From positions 1-64,000 of IMG/VR virus record IMGVR_UViG_3300028569_002417: a DNA stretch of 64,000 bases, one strand, 5' to 3'. Position numbers and translations under genes: made by a program. Shown one piece after another: positions 6,912-17,089 of this stretch. Under the pieces are notes generated by a model that made no database searches, was not told where the DNA came from, and saw nothing but the letters and a program-made list of their open reading frames with translations. The first letter of the stretch is position 1. The number at the start of each line of letters is the position of its first letter.

Positions 6912-7871
6912 TTAAGCTTGTGCTGTTCTTTGACCGCCAGCATCATTTCTAACAACGGTATTGATATGGTCAGCCATAAATCTGATAAAATTATGTAATT
7001 TAGATTTATCATTATTATTATAATAATGTAAATAAACTTGCCTCAAGTCTTGTACATCCACACTATAATTTTCTGGATTCATTATCAAATCCTTGAGAGC
7101 CTCACCAAAATTTTCTTTCGTCAATATCTCACCTGTTTTCTTGTACCAATTGCGCTTTAGTTCACCCAAACGAACACCAATTTCGGCACTATCAGTGAGA
7201 TATTTTAAGCCGGGATCGTCATTAGAAAGACTCGACTGAAACAACATGTTTTGAGTTGAATGAGATAATTCGTGACGCAAAGTTCTCAAATTTGAACGAT
7301 TATTTACAACACAAAACTTTTGACCACCGGGTATTGAAGTGCAAAAACCTGTACTACCCGGTTCGGCACCGGGATACTTATTTGGGTCCATAAAAACAAC
7401 TGGAATAGGTTTGTCTAATTCACTAGTTCTCATGTCGGCAGCAGAAGGGATTCTGGGCGCTTCAAAGTCACCAATTTTATCAGGAGAATCATAAGCCTTG
7501 GCTGACATGTCACGCACTTTTTCGTAATCTTTTCCATATTCAGGAGAAATAGCTTCACTTGGTCTTATCATCTGAACATCATTGAAATTGATGTCCAATC
7601 CAGTTTTATTTTTGATGTGATCAATAACAGATTGAATAACTGGACTTGTTGCAGACCTGACAATTGCTGGTTTCGGTGCCAAATCTACATCCATACGCTT
7701 AGGAGACGCACTACCCAATGCCAAAGCCGCACCAATACCTCCAATAATTCTTCTGACCCTGCCACTCATATCCTTGAAGAATTCGTCGTATTGAACCTCT
7801 GTCAGCATTTGAGAGAAAAGTTCAGGATCACGATTCTCAAGAAATTTAACGAATGTAAGATTAGTTTGCAT
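6912..7871 (-). CDS. HExxH metallopeptidase-like protein with capsid-targeting-like N-terminus
   Basis: TLRHELSHSTQ, downstream E in YLTDSAEIG; gtaaatattttcATG upstream; N-terminal hydrophobic segment. Confidence 0.65.
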   Translation of the reverse strand: MQTNLTFVKFLENRDPELFSQMLTEVQYDEFFKDMSGRVRRIIGGIGAALALGSASPKRMDVDLAPKPAIVRSATSPVIQSVIDHIKNKTGLDINFNDVQMIRPSEAISPEYGKDYEKVRDMSAKAYDSPDKIGDFEAPRIPSAADMRTSELDKPIPVVFMDPNKYPGAEPGSTGFCTSIPGGQKFCVVNNRSNLRTLRHELSHSTQNMLFQSSLSNDDPGLKYLTDSAEIGVRLGELKRNWYKKTGEILTKENFGEALKDLIMNPENYSVDVQDLRQVYLHYYNNNDKSKLHNFIRFMADHINTVVRNDAGGQRTAQA

Positions 7872-7886
7872 GAAAATATTTACATG

Positions 7887-8402
7887 TCAAGCAGCATAAA
7901 TTTCCAGAAATTTGTTTATATCTGCAAGAAGATTAATATTTTGCTCTACTTTTTCTTTTTCCCAATTCCACCATTCTATTTTCAGTAATTGATCTATTAC
8001 ATTTTTTTCAAATCTGTATCTAATTATTTTTGCAGGATTTCCTGCAACTATAGAAAAAGGCGGCACATCTTTAGTTATAACTGCCCTAGCACCAACTATA
8101 GAACCATGACCTATAGTCACGCCTCCAAATATCATTGCTTCAGTTCCAATCAAACAATCAGAACCAATTATGATTGGACCCCTGTCCTTTCCTATTGGAT
8201 AATTGGAATTAGGATAATGTGATCTAAATCTGAAAGTGCTTACAGTAGGATGATGCATACAAGCATGATCTATCGGTCCACCACACAAGAATGTCACTCT
8301 CCTAGCTATTCCTGAATAATTTCCAACAGTTATCTGGTAATTAGGGAAATGCATAATACAGTCTGGCGCAATACTCGAAAGAGTACCAAGAGTTATTCCC
8401 AT
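7887..8402 (-). CDS. CatB/xenobiotic-type hexapeptide O-acetyltransferase
   Basis: hexapeptide repeats, VITKDVPPFSIVAGNPAKIIRYRF, LLKIEWWNW; start uncertain. Confidence 0.85.
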   Translation of the reverse strand: MGITLGTLSSIAPDCIMHFPNYQITVGNYSGIARRVTFLCGGPIDHACMHHPTVSTFRFRSHYPNSNYPIGKDRGPIIIGSDCLIGTEAMIFGGVTIGHGSIVGARAVITKDVPPFSIVAGNPAKIIRYRFEKNVIDQLLKIEWWNWEKEKVEQNINLLADINKFLEIYAA

Positions 8403-8614
8403 GACTCACTCTCAAAAGAGAATTCTTCAAAAGGAAATATTTTTTCTTCAATGAAACAATGACAAAAAACTGAATTCATGTCAAATGTTCCACACAAAAT
8501 AATTCTTTGTGACCAACCTCTAGAATAACAAAAATCATTCCAATTTGAATGATATAAATCTTTCTTAAAAAGAAAGATTGACCAAAAATTATTTGCAGAA
8601 CCAATGGTTTTCAT
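8393..8614 (-). CDS. aromatic/Cys-rich microprotein
   Basis: MKTIGSANNFWS...WNDFCYSRGWS, similar to neighbours. Confidence 0.5.
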   Translation of the reverse strand: MKTIGSANNFWSIFLFKKDLYHSNWNDFCYSRGWSQRIILCGTFDMNSVFCHCFIEEKIFPFEEFSFESESWE

Positions 8615-8707
8615 GTGTATCCCGCCTAACAACTGCAAAATAAAATTCTGCCCCTATTATATCATAAAAAAAACGAAAATCAACAGTTTTATAATATGAT
8701 TGGGGCT

Positions 8708-8872
8708 TCATTGATCGAAAGACCAACAAGCAGAAAAAATGTAACCACGATGGTGTTCAGATATAATGGTAAATCCAGAGAAAGAACAATCGTCATTCCA
8801 TGACCTAGAAACTGGTTTGGTCAAAGACCAACAACAATTATTGTTGTAGTCAGAATTTGCCCTGAGAATCAT
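8708..8872 (-). CDS. Trp/Cys/Ser-rich microprotein, 54 aa (not in track)
   Basis: MILRANSDYNNNCCWSLTKPVSRSWNDDCSFSGFTIISEHHRGYIFSACWSFDQ; GGAG SD. Confidence 0.65.
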   Translation of the reverse strand: MILRANSDYNNNCCWSLTKPVSRSWNDDCSFSGFTIISEHHRGYIFSACWSFDQ

Positions 8873-8889
8873 TTATAAACTCCATATGA

Positions 8890-9051
8890 TCATTCGTTGT
8901 AAGACCAACACGAACAACAAATGTGACCATTCTGAACAGAGAAAATTGTAAATCCAGAGTAAGAGCAATAATTGTTCCATGATCTGGAAACCGATATATC
9001 TCCAGACCAACACCAGTTGGTGTGATTGTAAGAATTTTCTCTAAGAATCAT
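8890..9051 (-). CDS. Trp/Cys/Ser-rich microprotein, 53 aa, tandem paralog of 8708-8872
   Basis: MILRENSYNHTNWCWSGDISVSRSWNNYCSYSGFTIFSVQNGHICCSCWSYNE. Confidence 0.65.
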   Translation of the reverse strand: MILRENSYNHTNWCWSGDISVSRSWNNYCSYSGFTIFSVQNGHICCSCWSYNE

Positions 9052-9067
9052 TAATATTACTCAATTT

Positions 9068-9583
9068 TCAATATTTGGATCGCACCAAGTCAATCTCTGG
9101 GCGAAAATCTCTTCCACCGTAATCCTCTGGTCTTTTTCCCAATTTCTCTATACTCCAATAAACCTGATCGATCTTTTTATCATACCAAGTATCTTCTCTT
9201 CTAAGATTTCTCAAGAATAACCCTTGATCAGGTCTATTACCAGTGTGACGATTAACTGCACTCAATTTATTTGGATGTATTTTTTCCACAAGCAAATTAT
9301 ATAATGTTATAATACTGAATTGAAAATCTAACATCTTTCTTGCATCACGATTTGCATAAAAAAATAAAGACTGCACAATTTTATCACGCTGCATAGCCTC
9401 CCAATCCCAAGGCAAACTAGCAAAAGACTTTACATAATTTTTTGAAAATCCCTCTCCTTCATCACTCTCATTCAGCCATTCTGCAAAAGAAAATTTATTT
9501 TCTTTAACGCAATTTGGAACTGTTCTACCACCTTTCTTTTTCATTCCTATTTGCTTATAGCCTTTCCAACAAGCCTCATTCAT
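9068..9583 (-). CDS. putative virion protein with CWKGY..VPNCV module
   Basis: first ~40 aa nearly identical to 23602-24000; SFAEWLNES motif. Confidence 0.75.
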   Translation of the reverse strand: MNEACWKGYKQIGMKKKGGRTVPNCVKENKFSFAEWLNESDEGEGFSKNYVKSFASLPWDWEAMQRDKIVQSLFFYANRDARKMLDFQFSIITLYNLLVEKIHPNKLSAVNRHTGNRPDQGLFLRNLRREDTWYDKKIDQVYWSIEKLGKRPEDYGGRDFRPEIDLVRSKY

Positions 9584-9634
9584 GATTTTTACTCACTGAC
9601 ATAAAATACTGGAATTTGTTCCTCTTATCAAAAA

Positions 9635-10831
9635 TCACGGTGCCCATTTAGAATACCTCTCGTCTTTGTGTATCTGCCAATTAGTATTAGGACTAGTCTC
9701 ATGTGTGAATTTATATGGCAATGAAAAACCAAATATTTTTTCCATAGCAGAAGAATAAGAAGAACCATCAATAGCGTCAGAAAATAATTTCTTCCTCTGT
9801 TCTTGAGGTAAATTTTTAGCCCAATTATAATAATCTTCCTGAAAATCCAAATACTTCGACTTATATTTTTGATGATCATTAGCATCATCCACAATCTTAT
9901 GAATATTATTTCTTATAAGTTCTATCTTTTCTAAAACATTTTTATAATTTTCTCTCGTACTCTTATAACGCTTAAAAAATGCATCATTTTCCACAGATTT
10001 CTTCCACTCATCAAAATTCATAGTTGCTACTACATCACTTGTTGTAACAGAATCATATGACCTATAACCCCTTTCATCTGAACTCAAATATTCACCACCA
10101 GTATCGTGAACAGTCTTTTCAATCTGCTCAATAACTATATCGTCAATGGCTTCATATCCAGAAAAAGGATCATATAAATTAGGAATCTTCTTCACAAAAC
10201 TTGTTCTGTATTCTTTGGGGGATATCTTAAATTCATAAGAAATATACTTAGAAGGATTCTCTGGAGCCTTTTCGTCTGGAGGAACCATCACCTCGCCCGG
10301 ATACTTAGGAATCTCAATTTCACCAGACCTAATTTTAGCAATAGTATCTTCAAAAGATACAGAACTTTTCATTTTAGTTACAGCACTTTTAACATAATAA
10401 TTGATGTCTAGTCCTGACCTCCCTGTCTCTACCTTCTCCTCTTTACCTTTATAACGCAAAAATACAGCATTCTTGTCTACCCTATACTCAAAATCATGAG
10501 GAATCAAATTGTGCAAATCCCTGCAACCAGCGCAAACACCGGGATCAACTATTATAGCACCACTATTCTCATCGGTAGGCTTAGTGTCAAACTTGAAAAT
10601 ACATTCCTGATCATGCATTAAACAACATTGACCTTCCTTGCCTCTCTCAGGTAATGCTATTTTATAAATACGGGCAATTTTACCAATTATACCTCTCCTG
10701 CCTTCACTCCAACTAACCTTCACCTTCTGACCCCGCTGCAAATCATGCTCCAATAATTTTTCATATGCACTCTCATTCAAAACACCAGCTAACTTCAAAA
10801 TTTCATATTTTTCTTTCATGATATACTCCAT
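9635..10831 (-). CDS. hypothetical protein with LAGVLNE motif
   Basis: 398-aa ORF, TATATA motif upstream. Confidence 0.75.
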   Translation of the reverse strand: MEYIMKEKYEILKLAGVLNESAYEKLLEHDLQRGQKVKVSWSEGRRGIIGKIARIYKIALPERGKEGQCCLMHDQECIFKFDTKPTDENSGAIIVDPGVCAGCRDLHNLIPHDFEYRVDKNAVFLRYKGKEEKVETGRSGLDINYYVKSAVTKMKSSVSFEDTIAKIRSGEIEIPKYPGEVMVPPDEKAPENPSKYISYEFKISPKEYRTSFVKKIPNLYDPFSGYEAIDDIVIEQIEKTVHDTGGEYLSSDERGYRSYDSVTTSDVVATMNFDEWKKSVENDAFFKRYKSTRENYKNVLEKIELIRNNIHKIVDDANDHQKYKSKYLDFQEDYYNWAKNLPQEQRKKLFSDAIDGSSYSSAMEKIFGFSLPYKFTHETSPNTNWQIHKDERYSKWAP

Positions 10832-10854
10832 AAAACTATAATCCTATATATCCC

Positions 10855-11187
10855 TTATTCAAACTTTGTAACATATCCGCATCCAAGCTTTTCATATAAA
10901 TTCCGACACCATTTAATTACTTCTTCAGGCAGCAAATCTTTACTCATAGTAACTATGAAATGCTGATCATCAGAATCCCTAAAGTATCCATCGAAACTAT
11001 ATCCATCAGAAATGATTCTTTCTGGTGTGCTGTATTTACTGGTTCTCCAGAATTTAATAATAACAGAAAACTTTCTACCAATACTATCTTTTTCTGAATA
11101 ACTCCAACATTTATCGTGTTTGTTATTCAAATGATCATATGTTTTCTCAGCTTTGAATCCAGCAGAGATAATGTCTTGCTCTGTCAT
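10855..11187 (-). CDS. hypothetical protein
   Basis: 110 aa, ATGA-coupled. Confidence 0.65.
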   Translation of the reverse strand: MTEQDIISAGFKAEKTYDHLNNKHDKCWSYSEKDSIGRKFSVIIKFWRTSKYSTPERIISDGYSFDGYFRDSDDQHFIVTMSKDLLPEEVIKWCRNLYEKLGCGYVTKFE

Positions 11188-11423
11188 GATGGCACCAACA
11201 CCTTGTTAAAAAAAACTTCATCAACCTTATTGGTAAATATTTCATGGGACCATTGATCATTAGCAGAAAAACATTGTGATCTGATTACCCAAGATCTTCT
11301 GAAAAATCTGCTTGAATCATGATACGATGTAAATGCACAGCTACTTGCATGTCTGTTTACTTGAGCAACAGCTTCTGTCGTCCAGATAGAATGTTTCGGT
11401 GTATTCGCACTAAAATTGATCAT
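11184..11423 (-). CDS. small Ser/Trp-containing protein
   Basis: likely start MINFSANT; RSW and DQWS motifs like the array members. Confidence 0.45.
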   Translation of the reverse strand: MINFSANTPKHSIWTTEAVAQVNRHASSCAFTSYHDSSRFFRRSWVIRSQCFSANDQWSHEIFTNKVDEVFFNKVLVPS

Positions 11424-11493
11424 GTCATGATGGTACTTCAGTTTTAGTTGATTGTAAAGTAAAATTTCATGGTTGTTGTTGACTAAATAATTT

Positions 11494-12291
11494 ATGAATG
11501 AATTCAAGTTTTGGCTCAATCTACAAGAAGGTCTGGCTCTCAAAGGTGGGTTCAAAGGAAGCTGGTTCCAAAGATTAGTAGCAGCGATGTATGTCTTATC
11601 GCCTGAATCAGAGCCAGAAGCAGTTCAACTTTACATGGGTCCAGATGGTTTGACTGCGGCGATTAGTCATCAGTTCAATCAATTACAGAGCAAGTACACA
11701 CATGTTTTGAGTAGATCTGATCCTTTCAAAAGCAGTAAAGAATTGGCTCGTCATATTGATGATCAGAAGAAAGTTGGTATTCGTCGTCCTTCTGTTCCTT
11801 CTTATGATGCTGATTTGGGTCCGAATATTAAACTGGGTGAGAAGGGTCATCCTGTTTGGACTAAAGATCAAGACCAGCGTTTTGGTTGGGTTCACGACCT
11901 TATGACTCACTATGCTGGTAAGTTGCCTTTTGATGCTCGTGGAGAGGCGAGAGCATATTTGAAACATTTGAAAACATTATCTCCTCATTTAGCGCCAATA
12001 TTATTCACAGAAATTATAGCTCAAACATCATACTATTACATTTACGGAGACTTTCCCAAACAAAAAACTGTCATACTTAAAGACTTTGATTACTTTGATG
12101 TTGGAAAACTTGCACCTCAATCTAAACTAAACAATTTTTTTGCATTCAAAAACAAGGAACTTGTTCCTAAAAAAGAACTCAGTTTAGATGAACTGGAATC
12201 AGTTCACCCTCTACTTCCAAATATACTTAGAAATCAGGAATCTAGATGGCAAAATATCGATAGACCAAAACACAATTTAGCTGGAACTTGA
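11494..12291 (+). CDS. putative internal virion protein, zincin-like HDxxxH...GE domain
   Basis: MNEFKFWLNLQE leader; WVHDLMTH...RGEARAY..H; ctaaataatttATG. Confidence 0.65.
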   Translation: MNEFKFWLNLQEGLALKGGFKGSWFQRLVAAMYVLSPESEPEAVQLYMGPDGLTAAISHQFNQLQSKYTHVLSRSDPFKSSKELARHIDDQKKVGIRRPSVPSYDADLGPNIKLGEKGHPVWTKDQDQRFGWVHDLMTHYAGKLPFDARGEARAYLKHLKTLSPHLAPILFTEIIAQTSYYYIYGDFPKQKTVILKDFDYFDVGKLAPQSKLNNFFAFKNKELVPKKELSLDELESVHPLLPNILRNQESRWQNIDRPKHNLAGT

Positions 12292-12360
12292 CTGTTGTTT
12301 CTATAAATAATTTGAATAATTTTTTAAGATTATGCACCTTATATTTGGTAAAATAGAAGC

Positions 12361-13065
12361 TCATAATTTAATTATTTTTTTATTTGGCAAATAGGATTTA
12401 TCAAAAATTAAGTTAGCTAGATAGTAAATTTCATCATCAAATAATTTCATAAATTTTGGATTATCAATAAAATATTTATATCTTTGCATAACATTCATTT
12501 GTTGAGCTTTGCCGTCAAATTTTCTATTATCAAAACTACTTCCATATCCATAATCTAAAACTTGATTTATAGATACATCTGAATATTCTACTCCCATAAT
12601 TTCAGCCATTTTCTGTCTATAATTTTTATCTAAAAACCAATAGTCGAAGCAAAATATATTTTCTTTTTTTTCTATAAACATTTTAGCGTATGATTTCCAA
12701 TAAGACAAAGTTTTTAGTGAATTATTTTCATTATCAATTGTTTCTATTGACATTGAACTTTTTATTCTACTTGCCATCATATTAAAAGGATTCCTAAAAA
12801 CATAGAATGGCTCACACTGAACTCCTTCAACAAAATTTTCAAATTTTTTATTTGAAAAATTATATTCTTCAATATTACAAAAAAAGGCATCACAATTTTG
12901 CATATTTTCTATAATATGTTCTGAAATATTTATATTTTTAACATCCCAGTTTTGACTTGCTATATTGTTAACTAATTTTGTAGATCCTTTTACATTTGAT
13001 TGAAACCAATTCATAATTGCATGATGTCCAGATCTTCTCAAGCTATAAAAACATATTTTTCTCAT
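12361..13065 (-). CDS. sulfotransferase-like P-loop protein
   Basis: SLRRSGHHAIMNW, FRNPFNMMASR, GYGSSFD. Confidence 0.65.
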   Translation of the reverse strand: MRKICFYSLRRSGHHAIMNWFQSNVKGSTKLVNNIASQNWDVKNINISEHIIENMQNCDAFFCNIEEYNFSNKKFENFVEGVQCEPFYVFRNPFNMMASRIKSSMSIETIDNENNSLKTLSYWKSYAKMFIEKKENIFCFDYWFLDKNYRQKMAEIMGVEYSDVSINQVLDYGYGSSFDNRKFDGKAQQMNVMQRYKYFIDNPKFMKLFDDEIYYLANLIFDKSYLPNKKIIKL

Positions 13066-13066
13066 A

Positions 13067-13690
13067 TTATTTCATCTTAATTTTATAGGCATTAATTTTA
13101 TTTATCATTTTGTCTAAACAACTGAAAAATTCAATTTGTGGTGTATCAGGGTAAAATCTATCTACTTTATATTCTTCTTTGTGTATTACAAAACAGGTAG
13201 TGTTAGTCATCATTGCTAGATGTGTAACCCCACTGTCGATACCGACATAAATATGACTGGCACATATTTTTTCAAATTTATCTATGATGCTAAGACCGGA
13301 CTTTTCCCCCAAATCAATGGCATCAGGAAATTTTAATTCAAACTTTTTCTTATCATTAATTTTTAATTCTTTATTTTCACGATTTGAGCGAGCGTCGAAT
13401 TGATATGAAATTAAATTTTTTTTATTTATAATAATATGAGGCTTAATATATGGCTCTTTGATCCACGATACGTTAGAATTATTCCAACTTGGGAAAACAA
13501 TATTTGAATTTTTATTATTGTTGCTTAGTTTTATAGGTAGTTTTAATATTGTTAGCAAATCACTAACAGTTTTTTCAACTGAATTTCCACAACATGGACA
13601 ATAATCACTCGTAAAAATTTCATCAAATTTTAATCTTTGAATTATATTTATCAGATCGCCCAAGTGTTTGTGGTGTGTGGTTATTTTCAT
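13067..13690 (-). CDS. glycosyltransferase family 9-like protein
   Basis: LGD near N-terminus, YVGIDSGVTHLA. Confidence 0.7.
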   Translation of the reverse strand: MKITTHHKHLGDLINIIQRLKFDEIFTSDYCPCCGNSVEKTVSDLLTILKLPIKLSNNNKNSNIVFPSWNNSNVSWIKEPYIKPHIIINKKNLISYQFDARSNRENKELKINDKKKFELKFPDAIDLGEKSGLSIIDKFEKICASHIYVGIDSGVTHLAMMTNTTCFVIHKEEYKVDRFYPDTPQIEFFSCLDKMINKINAYKIKMK

Positions 13691-14292
13691 TTTAGAATTT
13701 GGTCAATGATTGATATTTTTGGACATTCATCAGTATTCAAAAATTCAATTTTAATCCCATTTTTTTCAAATTTTTTTTCATCATATATATGTATTCCTCC
13801 GGGCAAATTGAAATATTTATCTGCCTTAGATTTTTTACATAAATCAATAATTCTTTCTTCTCCTGAAAAATTTGATTTATATTGAGAAGAAAATGATATT
13901 TCGCAATTTAATTTAATTTTATTTTTAATCCACATAATTGATTTTGTCAAGACATCAACTAAATTTTTGTTATTATCTAATGTGATATAAAAATCATTAA
14001 ATTCTTTTACTTTGGATGTATTTCCATATATTGTAGAGAATGTTTTAACGTGTTTATGAGTCCAGCCGTTAATCACAGTCATTTGGTTTATTTTTGTATT
14101 TATTGGATTTTTATTAACAGGTATTGTTAATATTATTTTTTCGTCATGTTTGTTTTTAATGAAATTTCTATTGATCCATCCTCTTCTTGTGAATTGAACA
14201 TCGTCTAAAATAATAAAATTGTCAATTTCTGACATTAACTTGAAATAACCTAAATAAGGGAAAAAATAAGGTTGCATTATTGCGATCTTCAT
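13687..14292 (-). CDS. wbqC: WbqC-like protein
   Basis: IAIMQPYFFPYLGYF, DDVQFTRRGWINRN, YFNLPGG, SIID. Confidence 0.9.
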   Translation of the reverse strand: MKIAIMQPYFFPYLGYFKLMSEIDNFIILDDVQFTRRGWINRNFIKNKHDEKIILTIPVNKNPINTKINQMTVINGWTHKHVKTFSTIYGNTSKVKEFNDFYITLDNNKNLVDVLTKSIMWIKNKIKLNCEISFSSQYKSNFSGEERIIDLCKKSKADKYFNLPGGIHIYDEKKFEKNGIKIEFLNTDECPKISIIDQILK

Positions 14293-14312
14293 AAGGGTCC
14301 TATAAATAATTT

Positions 14313-15098
14313 ATGTTGAAAATATCCAGAAAAGTTTTACACCCTAAAATAGATTTTTTTATACAAAAAATAATTTCTAGAAATAATATAAATTTTTGCA
14401 AATTAAATTTTGGATTTTGGAATACATTGTATCAAGTAGAAAAAAACAAAATACTTCCCAATTTTAATTCAATTATTGAACCAGATGGTTGGTTGAATCT
14501 TTATGGACATGAATTTCTTGATGAAATTAAAAAAATAATCAATCTATTGCCTCAAGAAAATATCACTTTTGCTGCCAGTGATGCTTCGGCTCCGCAAGTC
14601 ACACATTATGAAGCAGCGATTGTAAATCTCAATGACTTTATATTCAGTCATTTCCCTAATGACTTCCCAATTATAAAGGGATGGATTATGAAAGATTATG
14701 CACAAAAAAACGAACTAGAATATTTAGTCGAAATAATTGCTAAAAATCATGATGTTTTAGTAGTTGGTCTAGAACACACAAATCAATTAAGTTCAAAATT
14801 CAATTTTAGAAAATTTGAGCATTTAGAAATATCTTTTGAAGCAGGTAAGCAAAGACATGAAATTAAAGAAAAAATTAAAACAATGATTAAAAAAATGAAT
14901 GATCCTTGTGTGATATATCAAGCTGGAGAAAGTCTTTCGTTATGGTTTACTTATGAATTGCTAAAGGAAAATTGCAAACATAATAGTTTTGATTTTGGAC
15001 GTTGTTTGGACAAATGGTGCAAGGTTGATAAATTTTATGAGATTCTACCAGACATAAAAGATCAACCGTGGCAAAAATTTATATTATTGAAGTCTTAA
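14313..15098 (+). CDS. hypothetical glycan-related protein (possible GT-D-like fold)
   Basis: context; C-terminal FDFGRCLD; tataaataatttATG. Confidence 0.5.
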   Translation: MLKISRKVLHPKIDFFIQKIISRNNINFCKLNFGFWNTLYQVEKNKILPNFNSIIEPDGWLNLYGHEFLDEIKKIINLLPQENITFAASDASAPQVTHYEAAIVNLNDFIFSHFPNDFPIIKGWIMKDYAQKNELEYLVEIIAKNHDVLVVGLEHTNQLSSKFNFRKFEHLEISFEAGKQRHEIKEKIKTMIKKMNDPCVIYQAGESLSLWFTYELLKENCKHNSFDFGRCLDKWCKVDKFYEILPDIKDQPWQKFILLKS

Positions 15099-15845
15099 GT
15101 TTTTTGCAATAAAAAACTGATAAAATTCCTGTAAGCAAAGTTTTTTCCATTTTATGTCATATCCTGTATAATGGACCGTTTGCTGAAATACAACATCTTC
15201 TTTTTCCAAAGATAATCTTGGAACATTAATTTTTGGATTTTTATTTATTTGCATATTTTTCAATTTATAAAATAAACTACAACAATGTTCATCGGTAGCT
15301 GTTTTGTCATAAAAATATTTTTCATGAATATTAAACAATTCATTTGTTACATCCATAGATGGATTAGGTATCCAAACCATTCCTGCATTATGAATGTAAT
15401 TTATTTCTATAGGAAGTGGACATTTAGTATTACTTTGTATGTCTCCGCCGCTAAAAGATTGGAAGAAATAAAATGGTTGATCCCATTGCAATTCTTCTTC
15501 CATAAAGGGATTAATTATAATAATGTCTGCATCCAGATACATACATGGCTCTGACAAAAGACCGTACATGTATAATTTTCCAAGATGATTTGATTCAAAA
15601 TTAAATTTATGATATATTATATTATCATGATCTTCATGTTTTTCATTTGTTATAACATGTAGTTTAGATTTAGGATATAAAATTTTTATTTGTTTGGCAA
15701 GCTGATGAAGAAGTAAAATTTGTATTTCTTGATATTCAAGCAAATTTCTTGTTTTTATATTTGGAAGCCAAGAAGGAGGAGGTTCCATTTCATTTTTTGT
15801 CCATCTCATGGTTATAAAATGATTTATTTCGATTTTTTTGATCAT
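15084..15845 (-). CDS. GT-A fold glycosyltransferase-like protein
   Basis: MYLDADI DxD motif, HNAGM, HYTG. Confidence 0.7.
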   Translation of the reverse strand: MIKKIEINHFITMRWTKNEMEPPPSWLPNIKTRNLLEYQEIQILLLHQLAKQIKILYPKSKLHVITNEKHEDHDNIIYHKFNFESNHLGKLYMYGLLSEPCMYLDADIIIINPFMEEELQWDQPFYFFQSFSGGDIQSNTKCPLPIEINYIHNAGMVWIPNPSMDVTNELFNIHEKYFYDKTATDEHCCSLFYKLKNMQINKNPKINVPRLSLEKEDVVFQQTVHYTGYDIKWKKLCLQEFYQFFIAKNLRLQ

Positions 15846-15912
15846 TTTTACTCAATTTTTAATATTGTCAATAGATCATAGTTCAATTTTTTGTTGCATT
15901 AAAGAGGTCCAA

Positions 15913-16320
15913 ATGAAATGTACAATATGTAGCAATAGTTTTGGAAAATCTTTTGAAATAGCGAATATGGTTGGATGGCCCATAAAAGTAGCTGCCGATG
16001 GAAACATCGAATTAAAAAAATACAATCTAATACATTTCATTTGTGCCAATTATGGAGATGAAGAACTTCAGCCCGAAATGGAAAAATTACTTATTTCAAT
16101 TAAAATAAATAAAAAACCATATGTCTTGCTTGAGATAGGTAATTCATTTGGAGAAGGAAAGCAATTTTTTGGGTGTTTGTCTGTTGCTAAAAAAATATTG
16201 TCTACAAAAAAATGGAATTGTCTAGCCTCATATTCACTAGATGCATTTCCTGATTATAAGCAAGATTATCTTAATTATTGGATTGCGACCATTAAAAAAT
16301 TGGGGAAAAAATATGAATAA
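15913..16320 (+). CDS. hypothetical protein
   Basis: GAGG SD before MKCTICSN. Confidence 0.55.
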   Translation: MKCTICSNSFGKSFEIANMVGWPIKVAADGNIELKKYNLIHFICANYGDEELQPEMEKLLISIKINKKPYVLLEIGNSFGEGKQFFGCLSVAKKILSTKKWNCLASYSLDAFPDYKQDYLNYWIATIKKLGKKYE

Positions 16321-17089
16321 AGAATATTTGAAAAATGGCTATTTTGTTTACAAAAATAAAATAAATCGTATTTTTCTTGAAAAAATAAAATATAAAATAA
16401 ACAAATTATTTAGTAGTGACAAGAATAAAGAAAATGATCAATTCGATCAGAACGTAATCGAATTGTTTGAAAATGATTTTCAAAAATTTATTGGATGCGC
16501 CCATGCTTCACAAAATTTATTTGAATTATATAAACTTTCTGTCAGCAATGATATACATGAAATATTAAAAGACTGTGGAATTAAAAATCCAAATATAAAT
16601 ACAAAACCACTACTTTTTTTTAGTTGCAAGTCAACTGCGAAGAAAGATAAAAATTGGAAATTAAAGGCACATCAAGATTGGCCAAGCACGATGGGAAGCT
16701 TAAATGGCGTAAGCATTTGGATACCATTTCAAGATACGTCAAAAGATTTAGGATGTTTAGAGCTTATACCAAAGTCGCACCTGCAAGGATATATTAAACA
16801 CACATTAGAAGATATACCAGTATTGGAATGCAATGAAGATGAATTTGTGCCAATAGAAATGAATGTTGGTGATGTTTTAGTTTTCAGTTGGTTTACAATA
16901 CACAAATCTGGAACCAACACTCACTCTGATAAAATTAGACTTTCTACGCATTTTAGATATAATGACTTAAGTGAACCAACATACGCACAAAGAAATTATT
17001 TTAGAAATAGAATAGATGAAACAAATTTTTGTGTTGATACTGATTTTCCTTCTTTGCAGCAAATTATGGAAACATTCAATGAACGATGA
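16313..17089 (+). CDS. phytanoyl-CoA dioxygenase (PhyH) family 2OG-Fe(II) oxygenase
   Basis: AHQDW, WIPFQD...GCLELIPKSH, GDVLVF...IHKSG.N...R. Confidence 0.9.
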   Translation: MNKEYLKNGYFVYKNKINRIFLEKIKYKINKLFSSDKNKENDQFDQNVIELFENDFQKFIGCAHASQNLFELYKLSVSNDIHEILKDCGIKNPNINTKPLLFFSCKSTAKKDKNWKLKAHQDWPSTMGSLNGVSIWIPFQDTSKDLGCLELIPKSHLQGYIKHTLEDIPVLECNEDEFVPIEMNVGDVLVFSWFTIHKSGTNTHSDKIRLSTHFRYNDLSEPTYAQRNYFRNRIDETNFCVDTDFPSLQQIMETFNER

